A stretch of DNA of 5,365 nucleotides from IMG/VR virus record IMGVR_UViG_3300007505_000246, positions 1-5,365 of that record, one strand, 5' to 3'. Each line of letters starts with the position of its first letter. Within the stretch, counting starts at the first letter, position 1. This document shows positions 1-5,001 of this stretch, one piece after another. The notes under the pieces were generated by a model that saw only the letters and a list, made by a program, of their open reading frames with translations, did no database searches and was not told the origin of the DNA. This stretch comes from a virus. The position numbers and the translations under genes are program-made.

Positions 1-512
1 TAATCACGTTTCCAGTTAGCATTAAGAAGGGCTTTTGAAGTAACGGTATCTTCGCCATTGCCATACGAAATAGGGACTTCCGCTTGTAATTGAGAATCAC
101 GATACCAACCGTTCCAAATATTAGCATAATGACGGAAAGGAAGAGCTGAGTGTTTTTTTCCAGCAACACCGGGAGTAATACCAAGCTGATCAGCAAGAGA
201 GCCAACAGCATAACCACCTTCAGGAGAAATCATATAAGGAGCAACAGTGGTATCCATACCATCATCACCACCAGAATGGAAAGCATCGCAATCATCCCAT
301 ACAATACGATCTGGAGAATAGAAGACGTTAATATCAACATCAACCATATGCATAAGAGGTGCAAGAAGAGGTTGAGTACGAATCATAGCAGAAATTTTAT
401 GATCAATTTTATCACCGGGAATAACGTCAAAGAAACCAATAGGCAAAAGCTGACCCATATCACCAGTAGTTTTAAAAGAGTGTCCCAAAGGGAACCAAGA
501 GGAACGAGGCAT
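1..512 (-). CDS. Major capsid protein VP1 (F-like), N-terminal about 170 codons, cut by the window edge; duplicate of 4490-5001
   Basis: Same sequence as the 5' part of ORF 3490-5001. ATG at 512-510. Confidence 0.9.
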   Translation of the reverse strand, partial: MPRSSWFPLGHSFKTTGDMGQLLPIGFFDVIPGDKIDHKISAMIRTQPLLAPLMHMVDVDINVFYSPDRIVWDDCDAFHSGGDDGMDTTVAPYMISPEGGYAVGSLADQLGITPGVAGKKHSALPFRHYANIWNGWYRDSQLQAEVPISYGNGEDTVTSKALLNANWKRD

Positions 513-1468
513 TAGATTTTATCCTTAGAGTTAGAGTAAATATCCGCACGAGCTTCAATATTTTTCACAGCCTGTGCGTTTTCAGCTGTGTATTGTTTTT
601 CAAGAATATAATTAGTTACTTGCGACGGATCAATTTTCTGATCGCGGACTGCACGCGCTGACATGTCAGACATTTCTTTTTTGAAGCGTAAGTGCCCCAA
701 CGTTTTGTATTCTTCATAAAGACCCATCCTTTGTAAGATTTTATCGCGCATATAACGATCTAGCATTAAAGATTTTCCGTTGACAACGAGTTTGCGCGGG
801 ATATCACCAGTAGCAAGCATGTGAGAGCGAACACTGACAGAATCGAAACAATCAACAAGCTGGTCGACATAATTAAGACCAATACCTTTGGACGATCTGA
901 AGAATTCGGGGGTACGGCCTTCGAGACGGGGATCATCAGATTGAACCATCCTTTTCATGATGTAAGAGGAAATATACTGTCCAGTGTCCCACTCTGATCG
1001 AGGAATTTGGATATCGATATACTTAGGGTCCGCCATAAGCTCTTTGGTATCAGGGTCTGTCCAACAATCATATATATAGTGCCGTTGCTCGTAAGATAAA
1101 CCGAAGATGAGAATGTGGTAATGAGGGCGGGCTGTCCTATCTCCATATTCTCCACAAAGAAAATAGCGGAGGGACCGAGGGGGCATGCGCTTACGAAGTC
1201 GTTTGATAAATAACTGCATGGCTCGGGGGTCAAGCACACCGCCTTCAGAGGAGAAATATTCCCCTGTATCAGGGTTTGTATACTGTTTTGGGAGATATTT
1301 ATCGTCATAGGTAAGAGTAACAAATAAGATATGTTCATGATCTTTAGCCTCAAGAATAATACGAGTAGTTTTAGCTTTACGACGATTCATACGGCAGGGC
1401 ATGCACCGACCACACGGTGTAACGCCCTGCACATTTTTGACATAGATAGGTGACTTGCAAAGAGCCAT
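512..1468 (-). CDS. Rolling-circle replication initiator, HUH endonuclease superfamily (Microviridae VP4 / phiX174 A-like), 318 aa from the ATG at 1468
   Basis: Rep motif I FVTLTY is at 1307-1324. The HUH motif HYHILI is at 1106-1123. The two-tyrosine catalytic motif YISSYIMK is at 953-976 (compare phiX174 A, Y-x-x-x-Y). The N-terminus has the Cys-rich CGRCMPCR. The track start at 1489 is GTG. The first ATG (1468-1466, MALCKSP...) lies 1 nt after the stop of the upstream micro-ORF (TAATATG) and gives the usual short N-terminus, so I prefer it. The stop TAA at 514-512 overlaps the VP1 ATG. Confidence 0.9.
   Translation of the reverse strand: MALCKSPIYVKNVQGVTPCGRCMPCRMNRRKAKTTRIILEAKDHEHILFVTLTYDDKYLPKQYTNPDTGEYFSSEGGVLDPRAMQLFIKRLRKRMPPRSLRYFLCGEYGDRTARPHYHILIFGLSYEQRHYIYDCWTDPDTKELMADPKYIDIQIPRSEWDTGQYISSYIMKRMVQSDDPRLEGRTPEFFRSSKGIGLNYVDQLVDCFDSVSVRSHMLATGDIPRKLVVNGKSLMLDRYMRDKILQRMGLYEEYKTLGHLRFKKEMSDMSARAVRDQKIDPSQVTNYILEKQYTAENAQAVKNIEARADIYSNSKDKI
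522..526 (-). promoter_or_regulatory. Shine-Dalgarno AAGGA for VP1 (copy 1; the same element is at 5011-5015)
   Basis: The minus strand reads TCTAAGGATAAAATCTAATG. AAGGA lies 9 nt upstream of the VP1 ATG, inside the 3' end of VP4. Confidence 0.6.
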
Positions 1469-1469
1469 A

Positions 1470-1577
1470 TTACATGCGCCTGCCGACACGTTGCCGCATC
1501 GGCAGCGCAGTTGAAAAGCGTCGAGAAGAACCGCGACGAGAACGGGACCGCTTGCGAGAATAGTTGCGTCTTGCCAT
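1470..1577 (-). CDS. 35-aa hyper-basic small protein, candidate DNA-binding/packaging protein (phiX174 J-like, gokushovirus ORF8/VP8-like)
   Basis: Hand translation of the minus strand gives MARRNYSRKRSRSRRGSSRRFSTALPMRQRVGRRM*. That is 13 Arg plus 1 Lys in 35 residues and no acidic residues. It is preceded by a consensus SD AAGGAGG (1584-1590) with a 6-nt spacer TTAAAT. It exactly fills the gap between the VP2 stop (1592) and the VP4 ATG (1468). It is absent from the ORF track because it is short. Confidence 0.7.
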   Translation of the reverse strand: MARRNYSRKRSRSRRGSSRRFSTALPMRQRVGRRM

Positions 1578-1583
1578 ATTTAA

Positions 1584-1590
1584 CCTCCTT
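1584..1590 (-). promoter_or_regulatory. Consensus Shine-Dalgarno AAGGAGG for the 35-aa basic ORF
   Basis: The minus strand reads TAG-A-AAGGAGG-TTAAAT-ATG. This is the strongest ribosome-binding site in the genome. Confidence 0.75.
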
Positions 1591-1591
1591 T

Positions 1592-2377
1592 CTAACCACG
1601 AATTGAACGAGCACCTTTACCAGCACCTTTAAAAAGGTTGCCGAAGGATTTTTTGACCTTAGCAAGAGACCGTTTAAAAGCAGGACCGCCTTCAGCTTTA
1701 AGCCACCATTCGAAATCCTTAAGGAAAACGTCATCTATGCGGTCTTTAGCATCTTTGGAAGGTACAGCCATTGTACGGCCATCAGGTAATTTAACAACAT
1801 TATAGCCAGATAAAGGACCGGCCTCACGAGCTGAACCATCATAGCCCATACGCTCAGTAGGAACGTCTTCAATCTGACCAATATCACCAGCATGGGGAAA
1901 AGCGGAATCAGCAGAACGAACAGCAGGGAGGCCGGGCTGTGAACCCTGTTGAGTAAGAAGAGCAAGCTGGGCGCGTTTATAGGCATTATCTAATTCAGCG
2001 CCTTCAAGCTGAATATCAGTAAGACGTTTAGCTTGCATACGTTCATCTTTGTTAAACAAAGATGAAACCGCGCGACCGAGAGAAGAACCAACTTCACCAG
2101 AAAGACCGGAACCACCGGAATCGGATGAAGCGGAAATATTAGGACCAGCAGTATTAGCAGGATTAAAGCCAAGAGCAGCGAGAGCATGAACACCAGCTTT
2201 TTTAGCATCAGCAAGACGAACCTGTATACCAGAATAGAAATTCTCTTTCGCCATTTGTTGCTGTTCCCAAGCATAATGGCGAGCTTCTTTAGCGGCACCA
2301 GAGGAACCACCGCCAAATATTTTATTGACAGCCATCTGACCTAAAGCGGCACCAGCCGCGGGAAGAAAACCAACCAT
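1592..2377 (-). CDS. DNA pilot / minor capsid protein (Microviridae VP2, phiX174 H-like), 261 aa
   Basis: ATG at 2377. The N-terminus is Gly/Ala-rich and hydrophobic (MVGFLPAAGAALGQMAVNKIFGGGSSGAA). It is followed by an AG-x-x-ALAALGFNP segment resembling the conserved AGLNP-type motif of gokushovirus VP2. A predicted helical stretch follows (ERMQAKRLTDIQLEGAELDNAYKRAQLALL). Size and composition fit pilot proteins. The call rests on motifs only. Confidence 0.7.
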   Translation of the reverse strand: MVGFLPAAGAALGQMAVNKIFGGGSSGAAKEARHYAWEQQQMAKENFYSGIQVRLADAKKAGVHALAALGFNPANTAGPNISASSDSGGSGLSGEVGSSLGRAVSSLFNKDERMQAKRLTDIQLEGAELDNAYKRAQLALLTQQGSQPGLPAVRSADSAFPHAGDIGQIEDVPTERMGYDGSAREAGPLSGYNVVKLPDGRTMAVPSKDAKDRIDDVFLKDFEWWLKAEGGPAFKRSLAKVKKSFGNLFKGAGKGARSIRG

Positions 2378-2392
2378 GATTATTTTGACCTT

Positions 2393-2797
2393 TCAGCAGG
2401 AAATGGAAGAGGTAGAGTTTCGACGATAACGTCTTCCGCCATTACGGCCGGAACGTTGTGTAGCAAAGAGGACTTCACGGCGTTGCTTGCGTCTGACGCA
2501 AGGGACAACCTTAGTGGGAATAGCGAAGGAGTCGAGGTATCGAGCATTAGGATTCCTACGGGATGTAGAGGGTTGGATTCGGGCAGTATCGCCCGATGTA
2601 GTAAAGACAGGACGGCTTGAAGCCGGAATTATGGGATGGAAGTAGCGAGCATCAAGGATGTTCGCATTTATTTTATGGACTAAACGGGGAGTGTATCCGT
2701 GGGCGAGGGGCAACCGATGGTTAGCAATGGTGGAGACATTGCGCCCTCTACGGGATTTATTAGGAGAAGAGTTTTTTGTTTTAGAACGTTTAGCCAT
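2393..2797 (-). CDS. Arginine-rich hypothetical protein, 134 aa from the ATG at 2797 (145 aa if the GTG at 2830 is used); no recognisable family
   Basis: This is the only open frame across about 440 nt of a tightly packed genome. Its third-position T/C codon bias matches the neighbouring genes. By hand count the 134-aa form has about 22 Arg plus 7 Lys against 4 Asp/Glu, with basic clusters at both ends (MAKRSKTKNSSPNKSRRGRN... and ...VRRKQRRE...GRNGGRRYRRN). Neither candidate start has a clear SD. Confidence 0.6.
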   Translation of the reverse strand: MAKRSKTKNSSPNKSRRGRNVSTIANHRLPLAHGYTPRLVHKINANILDARYFHPIIPASSRPVFTTSGDTARIQPSTSRRNPNARYLDSFAIPTKVVPCVRRKQRREVLFATQRSGRNGGRRYRRNSTSSISC

Positions 2798-2862
2798 GTA
2801 GTGACGATAACACGGGGTGTCATCTAGCACAATACACGACGAGGGGGTATTGTGAATAAGTT

Positions 2863-2886
2863 TCGGCCCCCTAAGTAGGGGGCCGA
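2863..2886 (-). other. Perfect 10-bp GC-rich stem with a 4-nt loop in the only substantial intergenic region (candidate terminator, mRNA stabiliser or ssDNA origin structure)
   Basis: tcggccccct (2863-2872), aagt (2873-2876), agggggccga (2877-2886): the arms are exact reverse complements. The hairpin starts 7 nt downstream of the TAG stop of the 157-aa ORF. On the coding strand no U-tract follows (AAACUUAUUCACA), so it is not a canonical intrinsic terminator. Confidence 0.6.
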
Positions 2887-2892
2887 GCCAGA

Positions 2893-3366
2893 CTACGCTT
2901 CGCCAGCGTTGGGGGCGCGCTCCGCTGCGTCTGGCGGGTTAGCACGTAGGGGGATAGAGCCTTCCTCTTGAAGCTCTCTAAGGCGCTGACGGAAGGCTTC
3001 TTTTGCGGCCTTCTCGGCCTCAATCTCTTTAGCCTTTTTGTCGGCGGCTTCTTTAGATTTGCGTTCAGAAACGCGTTTAAGTAGATCTGAATAACGATCT
3101 TCATGGGGACTCATAGGATTTGCATGAGCATCAGCTAATACATCAGGATCATGGTCATCAGCATCATAAGCAGCATCTTTAAGCAGATCATGTTGGAACT
3201 GGGGAGAACGTTGATATTTACGAACGCGATCGCCCATAGAGACAGGCTTGCGATCGGCAGTAGCAACGAGGGAAACGGGCGAGACAATAACGCGACCGAA
3301 TTTATCCAGGGCAGGGGGATTATAGCCATAGCCTGGGGAATTATTATTAATAACTTCTTTAGACAT
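2893..3366 (-). CDS. 157-aa acidic hypothetical protein with a long charged helix; possible internal scaffolding protein (VP3-like)
   Basis: ATG at 3366 with SD AAGGA at 3374-3378 (7-nt spacer). The middle is acidic (DAAYDADDHDPDVLADAH). A Lys/Glu-rich predicted helix spans about 2962-3093 (SDLLKRVSERKSKEAADKKAKEIEAEKAAKEAFRQRLRELQEEG). Size, charge and its place in a microvirus genome suggest a scaffold role, but I do not see the conserved gokushovirus VP3 motif clearly. Confidence 0.65.
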   Translation of the reverse strand: MSKEVINNNSPGYGYNPPALDKFGRVIVSPVSLVATADRKPVSMGDRVRKYQRSPQFQHDLLKDAAYDADDHDPDVLADAHANPMSPHEDRYSDLLKRVSERKSKEAADKKAKEIEAEKAAKEAFRQRLRELQEEGSIPLRANPPDAAERAPNAGEA

Positions 3367-3490
3367 TAGATATTCCTTTTTTAACTAGATGGTTGAAGTA
3401 GGGCTTAATGGAAAACATAGCATCAGGAACAAACATTTTCCAGAGATACGGGGTCATTTTCATGCCCCGTAATGTCTGTTTATCCCACAT
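3359..3490 (-). CDS. Possible 43-aa micro-ORF translationally coupled to VP1 (hypothetical)
   Basis: Hand translation gives MWDKQTLRGMKMTPYLWKMFVPDAMFSIKPYFNHLVKKGISNV*. Its ATG (3490-3488) overlaps the VP1 stop as TAATG. Its TAA (3361-3359) overlaps the start of the next gene (ATGTCTAA). It therefore spans the VP1/157-aa-ORF gap exactly. It has no SD of its own, and the region also holds a hairpin, so it may be non-coding. Confidence 0.3.
   Translation of the reverse strand: MWDKQTLRGMKMTPYLWKMFVPDAMFSIKPYFNHLVKKGISNV
3374..3378 (-). promoter_or_regulatory. Shine-Dalgarno AAGGA for the 157-aa ORF
   Basis: The minus strand reads AAAAAGGAATATCTAATG, with 7 nt between AAGGA and the ATG. Confidence 0.55.
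3448..3470 (-). other. Stem-loop about 20 nt downstream of the capsid gene stop (9 bp with one bulge, 4-nt loop)
   Basis: On the plus strand: acgggg-t-cat / tttc / atg-ccccgt. acgggg pairs with ccccgt and cat pairs with atg, leaving a single bulged t at 3454. No U-tract follows on the coding strand. This is comparable to the hairpins after highly expressed phiX174 genes. Confidence 0.5.
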
Positions 3491-5001
3491 TAAAGAAGTT
3501 TAGGATTGACAACTTTAGGAAGTGGGCGGCGGATTTTTCCAGCATGAGCAACTTCGATTAGAAGCTGATCGGCGCCAGAAAGAGCACCCGCGGGATAAAT
3601 ACGATCAGTCGGAGTACATGTGACGAAAGTAGAATTAAGAGCAGGTTTGCTTTCGTATTCAGTTGCCATATGCCAATAGTTTAAGACATCACGGAATTCA
3701 CCAGCAACACGTGAAGGTATAGAACGGTATTCATCATAAATAGGGGTGTATCCAAAGACTTCATCATCAGGAGCATCCATATACAGCTCTTTAGTAAGAA
3801 CAGCCTGATCACCAATATGAACGAATTCAGGAAGTAGATAATCATACTTAGTTTCGCGAGACCAAGAACGGTGTAGGCCCTGCATATATTGGGTTTTTGG
3901 GCGAACGGTCAACATAACGAAAACGTATCCATGTTCAGGAACACGACGACGATAACGGTGAGAATGAACAATAGAAATACCATGACCATTCATAGTACCA
4001 ACAGGAGTGTCACCGGGCGCGGTCTGAAGAACTTCGGAAAACTGAATTTTAGTTTCACCAGAACCAAGGAACTCAGGACGGTCAAGACGATAATCGGGAA
4101 TACGGACGCCAAAACGGGACATGATCTGCTCGATCATACGACCGCCCCACATATTATTAAATTCTAAATGTCGTTGTACAGCGTTTGATTCACGAAGATC
4201 AATAACATCGATGCCAGCAACTTCATCAAGGTTGACACGAACATTAGGGTAACCGGGATTATTGGGGTCCTGCTCGACAGTAAGCATATTGTTATTGGCA
4301 GCACCTAAGGTAGAGACTTTAGCATTATCATAAGAAATAGGCGCATCCGCACCAGTCTCGTAAGAAGTAGCACCCGGATTAGCATAGGTATTATTATAAC
4401 CACCAATACCTTTAACAGGAACATCACCGCCAAGAAGAGGGATGACAACTTCAGGACCAAGCTGGGGTTGAGGACGACAAACAGTGAAATAATCACGTTT
4501 CCAGTTAGCATTAAGAAGGGCTTTTGAAGTAACGGTATCTTCGCCATTGCCATACGAAATAGGGACTTCCGCTTGTAATTGAGAATCACGATACCAACCG
4601 TTCCAAATATTAGCATAATGACGGAAAGGAAGAGCTGAGTGTTTTTTTCCAGCAACACCGGGAGTAATACCAAGCTGATCAGCAAGAGAGCCAACAGCAT
4701 AACCACCTTCAGGAGAAATCATATAAGGAGCAACAGTGGTATCCATACCATCATCACCACCAGAATGGAAAGCATCGCAATCATCCCATACAATACGATC
4801 TGGAGAATAGAAGACGTTAATATCAACATCAACCATATGCATAAGAGGTGCAAGAAGAGGTTGAGTACGAATCATAGCAGAAATTTTATGATCAATTTTA
4901 TCACCGGGAATAACGTCAAAGAAACCAATAGGCAAAAGCTGACCCATATCACCAGTAGTTTTAAAAGAGTGTCCCAAAGGGAACCAAGAGGAACGAGGCA
5001 T
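3490..5001 (-). CDS. Major capsid protein (Microviridae VP1 / phiX174 F-like), 503 aa
   Basis: ATG at 5001-4999 with SD AAGGA at 5011-5015. The N-terminus has the family pattern F-P-L-G-H-S-F-K-T-T-G-D-M-G-Q-L-L-P-I...V-I-P-G-D and PLLAPLMH...VDINVFYSPDRIVWDDCDAF. The central conserved block is IDLRESNAVQRHLEFNNMWGGRMIEQIMSRFGVRIPDYRLDRPEFLGSG, of the DLR...R-G-x-R-Y-x-E...FGV...D-x-RL-x-RPE-x-LG type. It is the largest ORF in the genome. Confidence 0.93.
   Translation of the reverse strand: MPRSSWFPLGHSFKTTGDMGQLLPIGFFDVIPGDKIDHKISAMIRTQPLLAPLMHMVDVDINVFYSPDRIVWDDCDAFHSGGDDGMDTTVAPYMISPEGGYAVGSLADQLGITPGVAGKKHSALPFRHYANIWNGWYRDSQLQAEVPISYGNGEDTVTSKALLNANWKRDYFTVCRPQPQLGPEVVIPLLGGDVPVKGIGGYNNTYANPGATSYETGADAPISYDNAKVSTLGAANNNMLTVEQDPNNPGYPNVRVNLDEVAGIDVIDLRESNAVQRHLEFNNMWGGRMIEQIMSRFGVRIPDYRLDRPEFLGSGETKIQFSEVLQTAPGDTPVGTMNGHGISIVHSHRYRRRVPEHGYVFVMLTVRPKTQYMQGLHRSWSRETKYDYLLPEFVHIGDQAVLTKELYMDAPDDEVFGYTPIYDEYRSIPSRVAGEFRDVLNYWHMATEYESKPALNSTFVTCTPTDRIYPAGALSGADQLLIEVAHAGKIRRPLPKVVNPKLL

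Larger units (their letters stand above)
1..876. repeat. Wrap-around copy of a circular genome: bases 1-876 repeat 4490-5365 (offset 4489)
   Basis: The first bases, taatcacgtttccagttagc, recur starting at 4490. The last bases, ggtcgacataattaa, correspond to 862-876. Track ORFs 150-515 and 4639-5004 have identical translations at offset 4489. I spot-checked the ends and the ORF translations, not every base. Confidence 0.93.

Noticed and set aside
150-515. 121-aa plus-strand ORF (also at 4639-5004)
   Set aside because: It is antisense to the well-supported N-terminal region of the capsid gene. The sequence is low-complexity and Ser/Asn/Thr/Ile/Arg-rich, and the A-rich antisense strand keeps it open. 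There is no ribosome-binding site, and all the real genes are on the other strand.
1-876. The 876-nt direct repeat read as a biological duplication, LTR or insertion-sequence end
   Set aside because: The repeat boundaries coincide with the window ends and fall mid-gene. The copies look identical, and there are no inverted termini, target-site duplications or transposase. A circular genome linearised with overlap is the simplest explanation.
955-1353. 132-aa minus-strand ORF inside VP4
   Set aside because: It is in the +1 frame of the Rep gene and crosses Rep motif I and the HUH motif region, which are constrained. It has no motif and no ribosome-binding site, so it is probably a compositional artefact.
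1387-1734. 115-aa minus-strand ORF spanning the VP2 3' end, the J-like ORF and the VP4 5' end
   Set aside because: It overlaps three better-supported genes and ignores the consensus SD/ATG at 1577. It continues the same +1 frame of VP2.
2828-2830. GTG at 2830 as the start of the basic ORF, and GTG at 1489 as the start of VP4
   Set aside because: Both are non-ATG starts chosen by longest-ORF logic. Neither has an SD, and downstream ATGs give more conventional N-termini. I keep them only as alternatives, not excluded.
2871-3104. 77-aa basic minus-strand ORF overlapping the 3' half of the 157-aa ORF and running through the intergenic hairpin
   Set aside because: It is the +1-frame reading of a Lys/Glu-rich helix, which naturally yields Lys/Arg/Pro-rich text. 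It would have to be translated through the 10-bp GC hairpin. It has no ribosome-binding site.
3135-3329. 64-aa hydrophobic minus-strand ORF inside the 157-aa ORF
   Set aside because: It shows the same +1-frame compositional effect. I saw no independent translation signal.
3151-3369. 72-aa plus-strand ORF
   Set aside because: It is antisense to the 157-aa ORF. No supporting signal, and it is on the wrong strand for a single-strand-coded microvirus.
3889-4167. 92-aa plus-strand ORF inside VP1
   Set aside because: It is antisense to a conserved capsid region and shows no start context or motif. It is typical shadow ORF composition.
4305-4706. 133-aa very hydrophobic minus-strand ORF inside VP1
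   Set aside because: It is in the +1 frame of VP1 and has a GTG start only. The hydrophobicity is what NNT codon bias predicts, since T moves to codon position 2. It is too long and too uniformly Leu/Val/Ile-rich to look like a selected membrane protein. It is covered by the caveat in the lysis-candidate finding.
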